A stretch of DNA of 64,000 nucleotides from Octopus sinensis. Lineage: Eukaryota. The notes under the pieces were generated by a model. It saw only the letters and a program-made list of their open reading frames with translations. It was not told the DNA's origin and did not search any database. Position numbers and translations under genes: made by a program. Below are positions 11,756 to 21,760 of this stretch, piece after piece (the first letter of the stretch is position 1; every line of letters starts with the position of its first letter). Location: positions 2,790,001 to 2,854,000 of the forward strand of contig NC_043024.1 of NCBI RefSeq assembly GCF_006345805.1, written 5' to 3'.

Positions 11756-12529
11756 TCATTTAACACCTGTTTTCCATTCTGGCCTGAGTTGGACTGTTTG
11801 ACAGGTGCTTGTCCAGACTCCAGTTGTCTGTTGTGGCATGGTTTCTTCAGCTGGGTGCAATTAGACAGCACCAGCGCACAAGTGCACTTTACATGACATG
11901 AACACATGTAAAGGACAAGCCTGAATGTATGGATGACAGCAATTTTGCTTAGCTCGTCACGTCTTCCCAATTACAGAAAATTGCCACAACTTCTGGTCCT
12001 TTGCCATTTCCTCAGTGAGGCCCAGCATCTGAACCTCCTTTCTCACCACTTCATCCCATGTCTTCCTGGGTTGACAGCTTGGAGCTGACTGCTATATCTA
12101 GTGTCGGAGGTCAATTATAGTACATAGAAGAAAACGATGGAGTTTGTTGAGATTTCTAACCAACAAACTTTTATTCTTTTCATACACAAGCAAAGACAAA
12201 TACTCTTGTTATTATAAATAACAAATGCTGAGAGAGTTTGGATGTTATTAGAGTGAACCTAGCTAAAACCGAAGTCCTAATAAGTGAAAGCAATCTCACA
12301 CGCTAGCTGTTTAAGTAACAGTAACAGGATGTTGTCTGAGTTTTTAGACGCAGCAAATGATTTCAGCTCAAATACTGGTGATTCATTGGTTAAAATTCGA
12401 AGAATTAAACTACGTTAAACTTACAAATTACAAATTTATCAAAAAACCCAAGTGAAAATAATGTTTTCTTTTGACACATTCTACCAGTATAGGAAGTTTC
12501 AAATTGTTTAGTTAACTAGAAATTGTGTT

Positions 12530-13510
12530 GAAATCTGGCCTTCAAAGGGAAAAGATACCAAACCCCTTCAGGTAGATGGCCCTGCTCGATCTGTAGAAAA
12601 GGTGTAGGTAGAAACTCTATAAGGTGCACCAAGTGTAAGCTATGGACACATAAGAGGTGCAGCAATATCAAAGGAAGGCTAACTAGGAAGATAGCTTTTG
12701 TATGTGGCAGATGCTCAGGAGCAATAAACACTGAAAATGCGCAGAGAACAACTTCCGCCACATTCCAGGGAGAAAAACTAGAAATAGTTGATAGCTTCAA
12801 TTACCTAGGTAACCAAGTCAGTAGTGGGGGCAGGTGTGCTGAAAGTGTAACTGCTAGAATAAGAATAGCCTGGGCAAAGTTCAGAGAGCTCTTACCTCTG
12901 CTAGTGATAAAGGGCCTCTCGCTCAGAGTAAAAGGCAGATTGTATGACACATGTGTACGAACAGCCATGCTACATGGCAGTGAAACATGGGCCGTGACTG
13001 TTGAGGACATGCATAAGCTCGCAAGAAAGTATGCTCCGATGGATGTGTAATGCTCCGAAGTATGCTCCGATGGATGTGTAATGTCAGTGTACATACTCGA
13101 CAGAGTGTAAAGTACCTTGAGAGAAAAGCTGGACCTAAGAAGCATCAGATGTAGTGTGCAAGAGAGACGACTGCGCTGGTATGGTCATGTGGCGAGAATG
13201 GATGAAGATAGGTGTGTGAGAAAGTGCCAATCCCTAGCAGTTGTGGGAACCTGTGGAAGAGGTAGACCCAGGAAAACCTGGGACGAGGTGGTGAAGCACG
13301 ATCTTCGAACATTAGGCTGCACCGAGGCAATGACTATCAACTGAGACCTTTGGATATATGCTGTGCGTGAGAAGACCCGGCAGGACAAGTGAGACCATAA
13401 CCCGTGGCCTTTACCAGGATGTACCCAGCCCACTTACGCATACCTTTCCTTCTTTGGACATAAAACTCTGCTTGTGAAGACCTGTTGAGGCAAGTGAAAT
13501 CAAAATCGAT
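12530..13510 (+). mobile_element. 5'-truncated, degenerate RTE LINE 3' portion
   Basis: Frames give CRKGVGRNSI..., RIAWAKFRELLPLL and RRLRWYGHVARMDEDRCVRKC...GRGRPRKTWDEVVKHDLRTLG, homologous to the element at 23.9-28.7 kb. Confidence 0.88.
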
Positions 13511-13539
13511 ATTTAAAAAAATAAGAAATAAGTGAGGTG

Positions 13540-13915
13540 CAGGAGTGGCTGTGTGGTAAGTAGCTTGTTTACCAACCTCATGGTTCCGGGTTCAGTCCCA
13601 CTGCGTGGCACCTTGGCCAAGTGTCTTCTACTATAGCCTCGGGTCGACCAATGCCTTGTGAGTGGATTTGGTAGACGGAAACTGAAAGAAGCCCGTCGTA
13701 TATATATATGTATGTGTGTGTTTGTCCCCCTAGCATTGCTTGACAACCGATGCTGGTGTGTTTATGTCCCCGTCACTTAGCGGTTCGGCAAAAGGAGACC
13801 GATAGAATAAGTACTGGGCTTACAAAAGAATAAGTCCCAGGGTCGAGTTGCTCGACTAAAGGCGATGCTCCAGCATGGCCGCAGTCAAATGACTGAAACA
13901 AGTAAAAGAGTAAAG
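13540..13915 (+). mobile_element. Family 1 SINE (full length) abutting the gene B ORF
   Basis: Same head, body and tail as 6040-6432; the tail ends ~10 nt before the ATG at 13927. Confidence 0.85.
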
Positions 13916-13926
13916 TAAAAGTAGAA

Positions 13927-15240
13927 ATGTTTTCAATTCTGCTGCCGGTCTTATTGAGACGAGGGGAAAATTATCAAACGACACCGCCGAGCACATCATG
14001 GAAGCACTCCAATGTTTTCTTAAAGAGAAAAACGAACCTCAAAGACATTTCTATAGATTTTAAGAATTCTTCGCGAATTAATATGCAGGACGGTTATCAC
14101 ATGGACACTTCTCACACTACACTTATTAATGATATAGAAACAATTAAAAAGACACGCCCTGGTGAAGCATTTATTGAACAAGAAGATCCAATAGAGAGAA
14201 ATATTGCAGAATACAGGTGCGAGGTTTGTATGAAAACATTCTCTTCTCAAAATGAATTTTTCACCCATCAGGAGGAGATACATGAGAGGAATAAATCGTT
14301 TCACTGTGAAATATGTGGCAAATGGTTTTCGCAGAATTCTCACCTGGTCGTCCACGTTCGGAGTCATACAGGTGAGAAACCATTCCACTGCGAAATATGT
14401 GAGAAGAATTTCGTTTCCAGCAGCAGTCTAACGAAACACCAGGTATTACACACTGGAGATAAACCATTCCACTGCGAAATCTGCGGGAAATCTTTTACCA
14501 ATAATTCAAATCTTGTTGTTCACAAACGTAGTCATACAGGTGAGAAACCATTCCGTTGTGGAATATGTAAGAAGTCTTTTGTGGATAACAGCAACTTAAC
14601 AAAACACAAGATTATTCACACGGGAGCAAGACCTTATTCCTGTGATGTGTGCGGGTTATCTTTTGTCTATAACACTAATTTAAAAACTCATAAGATAATT
14701 CATGGTGGAGAAAAACCGTTCCGTTGCGAAGTATGTGGGACATCTTTTACCAAAAACTCGAATCTGATCATTCATATACGAAGCCACACTGGCGAGAAAC
14801 CGTTCTGTTGCGAAACGTGCGGGAAATCCTTCGTTGATAATAGTTCTTTAACGAAACACAAACGAATCCATACGGGAGAGAAACCTTGTCGTTGCGAAAT
14901 ATGTGGAAGGTATTTCGCTTGCAACAGTATTCTGACGAAACACAGAAGGGTTCACAGCGGGGAAAAGCCGTATTCTTGTGAAATATGCGGCAAGTCGTTC
15001 TCGCAGAATTCGAATCTTGTTATCCACAAACGTAGCCATACTGGAGAAAAACCGTATAATTGTGAAATTTGTAGGAAATCTTTTTCTGTTAAGTCTCATC
15101 TCGTAATTCACAGACGAAAACACACGGGAGAAAAACCTTACACTTGTTGTATATGCGGCGAGTCTTTCGTTTCTAGCAGTAATTTATCGAGACACAAACA
15201 GATACACGTTGGACGAAAGCCTTTTGACAGTGAGACTTGA
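13927..15240 (+). CDS. C2H2 zinc-finger protein B (up to 437 aa; 12 fingers); true start uncertain
   Basis: Uninterrupted ORF with 12 C2H2 fingers (CEIC-type, TGEKP linkers), diverged from A/C/D. Downstream Met codons (MQDGYHM, ~14083) are alternative starts. Confidence 0.9.
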   Translation: MFSILLPVLLRRGENYQTTPPSTSWKHSNVFLKRKTNLKDISIDFKNSSRINMQDGYHMDTSHTTLINDIETIKKTRPGEAFIEQEDPIERNIAEYRCEVCMKTFSSQNEFFTHQEEIHERNKSFHCEICGKWFSQNSHLVVHVRSHTGEKPFHCEICEKNFVSSSSLTKHQVLHTGDKPFHCEICGKSFTNNSNLVVHKRSHTGEKPFRCGICKKSFVDNSNLTKHKIIHTGARPYSCDVCGLSFVYNTNLKTHKIIHGGEKPFRCEVCGTSFTKNSNLIIHIRSHTGEKPFCCETCGKSFVDNSSLTKHKRIHTGEKPCRCEICGRYFACNSILTKHRRVHSGEKPYSCEICGKSFSQNSNLVIHKRSHTGEKPYNCEICRKSFSVKSHLVIHRRKHTGEKPYTCCICGESFVSSSNLSRHKQIHVGRKPFDSET

Positions 15241-15595
15241 GAGGAATAACGGGCGATCCTTCGGTATAGGTACCGTAAGTGGCTTTGTTTACATTTCTGA
15301 AGATAACAGAAACCCTTTTCTCCCACCCCTAATCCTAATCCCCGATATATATATATATATATATATACCATTTTTACTATTTTACTTGTTTCAGTCATTT
15401 GACTGTGGCCATGCTGGAGCACCACCTTTTAGTCGAGCAAATGGCCCCCAGGACTGTTTTCATGACCCTGACAACAGCCACAATTATGATTCCATGGGTG
15501 CCATTTACCTGATAATGGCCACAGCCACAACTATGGTTTCACTTGGCTTGATGAGTCTTCTCAAGCACAGCTAATTGCCAAAGATTTTGGTCACT

Positions 15596-16277
15596 TGTCC
15601 CCTGCTTCTGTGAGGCTCAATATTCAAAGGTCATGCTTCACCACCTTGTCCCCTGCTTCTGTGAGGCCCAATATTCAAAGGTCATGCTTCACCACCTTGT
15701 CCCCTGCTTCCGTGAGGCCCAATATTCAAAGGTCATGCTTCACCACCTTGTCCCCTGCTTCAGTGAGGCCCAATATTCAAAGGTCATGCTTCACCACCTT
15801 GTCCCCTGCTTCAGTGAGGCCCAATATTCAAAGGTCATGCTTCACCACCTTGTCCCCTGCTTCAGTGAGGCCCAATATTCAAAGGTCATGCTTCACCACC
15901 TTGTCCCCTGCTTCAGTGAGGCCCAATATTCAAAGGTCATGCTTCACCACCTTGTCCCCTGCTTCTGTGAGGCCCAATATTCAAAGGTCATGCTTCACCA
16001 CCTTGTCCCCTGCTTCAGTGAGGCCCAATATTCAAAGGTCATGCTTCACCACCTTGTCCCCTGCTTCTGTGAGGCCCAATATTCAAAGGTCATGCTTCAC
16101 CACCTTGTCCCCTGCTTCAGTGAGGCCCAATATTCAAAGGTCATGCTTCACCACCTTGTCCCCTGCTTCAGTGAGGCCCAATATTCAAAGGTCATGCTTC
16201 ACCACCTTGTCCCCTGCTTCCGTGAGGCCCAATATTCAAAGGTCATGCTTCACCACCTTGTCTCCTGCCTCCGTGAA
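15596..16277. repeat. 51-bp minisatellite, 13 copies, inside an antisense RTE 3' fragment
   Basis: Unit TTGTCCCCTGCTTC(A/T/C)GTGAGGCCCAATATTCAAAGGTCATGCTTCACCACC; RTE-like sequence continues to ~16570. Confidence 0.97.
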
Positions 16278-16689
16278 GGTCATGCTTTACCACCTCATCC
16301 TGAGTCTCTTCTACAGGTTTCTTCCACAGCTGTTCTCATCCACACTAGCACCTTCATCACTCCTGCACACCACATCTGATGCCTCTTTGGCCTAGTTTTT
16401 CTCTCAAGACCCACTTTGATGCTCATGCTCTCAGACATTGTACATCCAGTGAAGCATACTAGCTTCATTTCTTTCACGCTTTTAGATGTCCTCTGCAGTC
16501 ACAGACAATGTTTCACTGCCCTGTGAAGCATGGTTGTTCACACAGGGGCAACATAGTCTGCCTTTGGTGTGTGTATATATATATATATATATATAAAGTT
16601 AATCCAAACAAGAAAGCACAAAAAAAAACACAACAACGCGAGGATGTGGAACAAATATAGTATTATTGGACGCTCAGGAAAGAAGGAGG

Positions 16690-17110
16690 GTAAAAGTAAT
16701 ATGTGACAATTATTCGGCAGCCAAGATATAACTCCGAGTTTCGGATGCCGAGGTGGAAATCCACGCCACCATCTCTTCAGTTACTCAGAGTTTTATCTTG
16801 GCTACCGAATAATTATCACATATTACATTTATAGATAAATTCCTCTATTTATATAATATTAGGGTCTCTTTCATTCTTTTGTTATCTTACCGTTTTTACC
16901 AATATATATACATATATACACATTCCGATGGCTAGATAACTGAAGAGATGGCGGCGTGGATTTCCACCTCGGCATCCGAAACTCGGAGTTTTATCATGGC
17001 TACCGAATAATTGTCACATATTACTTTTACAGATAAATTCCTCTATTTACATAATATTGAGGTCTCTTTCTTTCTTTTGTTATCTTACCATTTTTATCAA
17101 TATATATATA
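16690..17110. mobile_element. Penelope-like pseudo-LTR pieces in inverted plus direct arrangement
   Basis: 16692-16783 is the reverse complement of 16937-17029; 16784-16910 directly repeats 16982-17105. The same sequence terminates the Penelope-like RT at 41285-41340. Confidence 0.8.
16931..17000 (+). ncRNA. Type I minimal hammerhead ribozyme motif
   Basis: Stem I GAUAA/UUAUC, core CUGAAGA (16940-16946), long stem II with GUGG-AUUU-CCAC, GAAA (16978-16981), short near-palindromic stem III ACUCGGAGU, GUU cleavage triplet. Confidence 0.75.
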
Positions 17111-17302
17111 TATATATATATATGTGTGTATAAAAAATATGTATAAAGATACAAAATGGGACAAGAACGCAAAACATTCAAATAGACGATACGAAAACGG
17201 ACGGGACATTCGAAGCCTCTAATCTTCAGTCAAGAACCGGATCATCCTCGCAATTTCGGCTGATTAATCTTATATATATATATACACATACACGCACACA
17301 TA

Positions 17303-17519
17303 CAAGGAGGTGCTGGAAAGTTCCTCGTTTTGGGTAAAAGAAAATATGGTAGGATCAGTTAATTATGATTTTATTCAACATTTTCCCCTCTCAGATTCAA
17401 ACACTTATTGCAGTGGTCCTTCAGTTTTTCTAAACCCTGTAAAAGAACTCTGAACGTTGGGCCTCCAACCAAGCCTTTCGCGACACCCTTAAAACCAGGA
17501 ACTTTTTAGCAACCCCTCA
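17303..17519. mobile_element. Mariner-like MITE
   Basis: Imperfect TIRs GGAGGTGCTGGAAAGTTCCT / AGGAACTTTTTAGCAACCCCTC flanked by TA-rich sequence. Confidence 0.55.
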
Positions 17520-17619
17520 TATATATAAATATAAATGAAGTGTATGATATATATTTGTGTGTAAATGAAAATATTCTGTAGAAATACTAACAAAAAGAAC
17601 AATTATTACAGAAATTTTT

Positions 17620-17965
17620 GACAAAATATTCACTTTCAAATTTGCCATCAAGATACTGTGATAGCCTGGGCTTCAGAGGCCCACAGTTCTTCAATATCCT
17701 CCCAAAGAACCTGAGAGACCTGCATGGGGTGGATGCAGATGTCTTTAAAATAAAACTGGACCTCTTCCTGTCAGGTGTCCCAGATGAACCAACTTCACGG
17801 CAGGAGGTGCAGATGAGGGCAGCTGCAACGAACTCTCATGCACCAAATGGCAGTTGCTAAAAAGCATTCGTGAAGTAAAATCATGTAGCAACACCAAATG
17901 GCGGTGCCCCAGCATGGCCACAGCTCGTGAGCTGAAACTAGATAAAATTTAAAAAAAAAAAAAAA
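17620..17965 (+). mobile_element. CR1-like LINE 3' end
   Basis: DSLGFRGPQFFNILPKNLRDLHGVDADVFKIKLDLFLSGVPDEP...RAAATNS C-terminal motif followed by a poly(A) tail. Confidence 0.7.
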
Positions 17966-18762
17966 AATTATATGTAGGTCAAGTTTCTATAAATATTATA
18001 TTTTTATTAAAATCTTGTAATTAGTATTTGTTAATTGGTATTTCCAGCTCTGTGGAAATTATCTTTTCCGAGCATTAATAAATGTTTTTATTGAAAATAT
18101 CACAGTGGTATAGTATTTTGTTGTAATGTTTTGGAATGGTCATTTTTTTTTTTTTTGTTTGCCAATAAAGACATTATACATTAATTCTTCACTTCAGTTT
18201 TATTTTATTATTGTTCTTTAATTTATGTCCAATGTCTGGAAATCTTTCGTCACACCTCCTGTGCCCTCTTCAGTAACTCACCATTCCATGTGTCTCCTCC
18301 TGTTCTGTTTAGTCCATCCTATCTTTCTATGGTGTGCATCCTTATCTGTGCATGTGTCTGTATCTGTGTGTGTGTGTATATGTTTGTGTCCACGCACTTT
18401 ATTTTTATTTTCATTTATTTATTTGTTTTGTTTTTCCCCCATTTACTCCTAGGTATGTATGGATTTATGTATTATATTGTTAGTATTTATTTTTTCACCT
18501 CATTGTGAGTGTATTTATTATCTGAGGTTCAGATGAAGCTACGAATTGTTAACAAAGGCACACAACTATGAGGCAATAACATCTCATCACCGAAACAGCT
18601 GTAAGCTGATAAAGTTCATGAGGTAATTGTTTATTCCTTTGTGATCCCATTTCTTATATATATTAGTTAATAGTATATATAACATAGGCAAAAGACAAAG
18701 GCAGGTGGAGTACAAACAAACAAATGTATTAGGATAGCCGTCAGGAATAGAAATACAAAAAG

Positions 18763-18800
18763 TCTTTTACGTTTCGAGCCTATGCTCTTCGACAGAAAGA
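18763..18800 (-). ncRNA. Minimal hammerhead-like motif (variant core) in a Penelope-type terminus
   Basis: Minus strand reads UCUUU-CUGUCGA-A-GAGC-AUAG-GCUC-GAAA-CG-UA-AAAGA; stems I and II are perfect; core position 6 is U instead of A. Confidence 0.55.
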
Positions 18801-18908
18801 TACACAGAAAAGAAACAAGGAGAGGAAAAAATGTGTGTAGGAGCTAACGATCTATCATGGCGTCCTGGAGATATGATCACTGTTCCCTATGGATACGTTT
18901 GTGTTTAG

Positions 18909-19907
18909 TTAAATGAGGATTCTGAGAGAAGCTTTACTACAGATATCACATTGATACGGTTTCTCTCCTGTATGAACACGTTTATGTCTTGTCAAAGTAC
19001 TTCCATGAGAGAACGACTCTCCACAGATATCACACTGATATGGTTTCTCCCCTGTATGTATTCGTTTATGAGTAGTTAACGTGTTACTAGCAGAGAATGA
19101 CCTACCGCAGATATCACAGTGATATGGTTTCTCTCCAGTATGAACGCGCTTGTGAGAAGTCAATTCATCATTTCGAGAGAAAGATTTACCACAGATGTCG
19201 CAGTGATGTGGCTTCTCGCCCGTATGGATACGCTTGTGGCCGGTCAGTTGGTCGTTTCGAGAGAATGATTTACTACAAATATCACAGTGGTATGGTTTCT
19301 CTCCTGTATGAATACGTTTGTGCTTCATTAATTCGCCACACTGAGTGAATGATTTGCCACAGATATCACATTGATACGGTTTCTCTCCTGTATGAATACG
19401 TTTGTGTTTGGTTAACTGGTCATTTTGGGAGAACGATCTTCCACAGACATCACAGTGATATGGCCTTTCTCCTGTATGGATACGTTTGTGAGTAATTAAG
19501 GTACCTTTTTGGGAAAATGATTTACCACAGACATCACAATTAAATGGTTTCTCTCCTGTATGAATACGCTTGTGTTTAATTAAATGATGTTTTTGAGAGA
19601 ATGATTTGCCGCAGGTATCACAGTGATATGGCTTCTCACCTGTATGAGTGCGTTTGTGTGTAGTCAACTCATCATTTCGCGTGAATGATTTACCACAGAT
19701 GTCACAGCGATGATGTTTCTCTCCTGTGTGAACACGTCTGTGCTTAGTTAAGAGACCATTTTCAGAGAATGATTTATTGCATATAACACAGTGGTACGGT
19801 TTCTCCCTTGTATGAATGTGTTTGTGAACAGTTAGGCTGCCCCTTCGAGAAAATGACTTTTTACACAGGTTACAGTAATATGGCGATTTCCCTAACAATT
19901 TTGGCAT
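18909..19907 (-). CDS. C2H2 zinc-finger protein C (332 aa; 11 intact fingers, 12th frameshifted)
   Basis: ORF track translation. The original start is probably ATG 20715 (MKQKRRKVSIYFTEEMPK...), which is in frame once the SINE array and one TSD are removed. Confidence 0.85.
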   Translation of the reverse strand: MPKLLGKSPYYCNLCKKSFSRRGSLTVHKHIHTREKPYHCVICNKSFSENGLLTKHRRVHTGEKHHRCDICGKSFTRNDELTTHKRTHTGEKPYHCDTCGKSFSQKHHLIKHKRIHTGEKPFNCDVCGKSFSQKGTLITHKRIHTGERPYHCDVCGRSFSQNDQLTKHKRIHTGEKPYQCDICGKSFTQCGELMKHKRIHTGEKPYHCDICSKSFSRNDQLTGHKRIHTGEKPHHCDICGKSFSRNDELTSHKRVHTGEKPYHCDICGRSFSASNTLTTHKRIHTGEKPYQCDICGESFSHGSTLTRHKRVHTGEKPYQCDICSKASLRILI

Positions 19908-19935
19908 CTCTTCAGTGAAATATATGGATACTTTT

Positions 19936-20681
19936 GAAGGCGGTGAGCTGGCAGAATTGTTAGCACACTGGGCGAAATGCGTAGCTGTATTTCATCTGCC
20001 GTTACGGTCTGAGTTCAAATTCCGCCGAGGTCGACTTTGCCTTTCATCCTTTCGGGGTCGATAAATTAAGTACCAGTTATGCACTGGGGTCGATATAATC
20101 GACTTAATCCGTTTGTCCCCTCTGTGTTTAGCCCCTTGTGGGTAGTAAAGAAATAGGTATTTCGTCTGCCACTACGTTCTGAGTTCAAATTTTGCCGAGG
20201 TTGACTTTGCCTTTCATCCTTTCGGGATCGATAAATAAAGTACCAGTTATGCACTGGGGTCGATGTAATCGACTTAATCCGTTTGTCTGTCCTTGTTTGT
20301 CCCCTCTGTGTTTAGCCCCTTGTGGGTAGTAAAGAAATAGGTATTTCGTCTGCCACTACGTTCTGAGTTCAAATTTTGCCGAGGTTGACTTTGCCTTTCA
20401 TCCTTTCGGGACCGATAAATAAAGTACCAGTTATGCACTGGGGTCGATATAATCGACTTAATCCGTTTGTCTGTCCTTGTTTAGCCCCTTGTGGGTAGTA
20501 AAGAAATAGGTATTTCGTCTGCCACTACGTTCTGAGTTCAAATTTTGCCGAGGTTGACTTTGCCTTTCATCCTTTCGGGATCGATAAATAAAGTACCAGT
20601 TATGCACTGGGGTCGATGTAATCGACTTAATCCCTATGTTTGTCCTCTCTATGTTTAGCCCCTTGTGGGTAGTAAAGAAAT
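19936..20681 (+). mobile_element. Tandem tetramer of family 2 SINE with 17-bp target-site duplication
   Basis: TSD AATATATGGATACTTTT at 19919-19935 and 20682-20698; one unit with a head plus three head-less units of ~170-185 bp. Confidence 0.9.
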
Positions 20682-21697
20682 AATATATGGATACTTTTCT
20701 TCTCTTCTGTTTCATAAATTATTCCTAACAAATATTCCATCCACTGAGATCGTCACTGATATTTAAAGATGTTGTAAAGTCCTTTGTAAATTCCTCCAAA
20801 TTTCCTTCGAATGCAAAACCATTTTGAGCGCATTCTGCAATGAAGTAAGGAAATGCTGCCAAGGATATTTCAATGTAATTCACTGTAGCTTCGAGGTCTT
20901 TCATCTCGTACGTATTGGCTTCTGAAGATGGCTTGGCATAAAGTCATAATTCACTGTAGCTTTATAGAGATATGGTTGAGAGAATGATCTCCCACATACA
21001 TCGCAGTTCAATTATTCCAATGTGATGTGAAATCCTGAAACAATAAAAGAACAGTATAAAGCACAGAAGATAATTCATAATTCATTCGAGTTAAAACGAA
21101 AGATCGCCCAAAAGTTTTCACTTTGAATTACGAATGTGCAATAGAATTTGTCAAGTTTACATGGATGTTAAGAGGCGTAACTTCGGTATATGTACCGGAA
21201 GTACCGGATACATTTCAAGAAAGTGTTTTTTTAAATTTTTATATGGGGTTTAGGGGTGGGAGAAAAGGGTTTCTGTTATCTTCAGAAATGTAAACAAAGT
21301 CACGTGTGTACCTATACCGAAGAATCGCCTGTTAAGAAATATAAACTTCCTCTTTCTGTCGGTATTTGATATTAAGATTTAGGGAATATCGAAAATTAGA
21401 GTGGAGCTTCAAAGGGAGAACGAAACGTTGAAAGTAATAAGACAACTACCTATTTCTTTACTACCCACAAGGGGCTAAACACAGAGGGGACGAACAAGGA
21501 CAGACAAACGGATTAAGTCGATTATATCGGACCCCAGTGCGTAACTGGTACTTAATTTATCGACCCCGAAAGGATGAAAGGCAAAGTCGACCTCGGCGGA
21601 ATTATAGCTTCAGTAACGTTTATCGTCAAAATAAGCTTCAAAATAAACATACGTACTTATGACATGTATACAATATAAATGCTTGTGTGTATATAAT

Positions 21698-21760
21698 ACT
21701 TACATATTAATATAGAGAGTCAACGGGGAAGATGTGACGGAACTGAAGTCAGAGCGGACA
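21698..21760 (-). promoter_or_regulatory. Putative non-coding exon 1 / core promoter of gene C
   Basis: 26-nt core at 21714-21739; donor GTAAGT at 21703-21698; matching acceptor TGTTTCAG ending at 21035. Confidence 0.65.

Noticed and set aside
13927-14210. KRAB, SCAN, BTB, ZAD or PR/SET effector domain in front of any finger array
   Set aside because: No recognisable motif in any frame, so none of the genes is called PRDM9 or given a gene symbol.
15596-16277. Regularly spaced repeats as a possible CRISPR array
   Set aside because: Units are contiguous with no unique spacers, no cas genes are present, and the context is eukaryotic.
17185-17270. Minus-strand CUGAAGA...CGAAUGUC as a further hammerhead
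   Set aside because: Lacks the GAAA core and convincing stems II and III.
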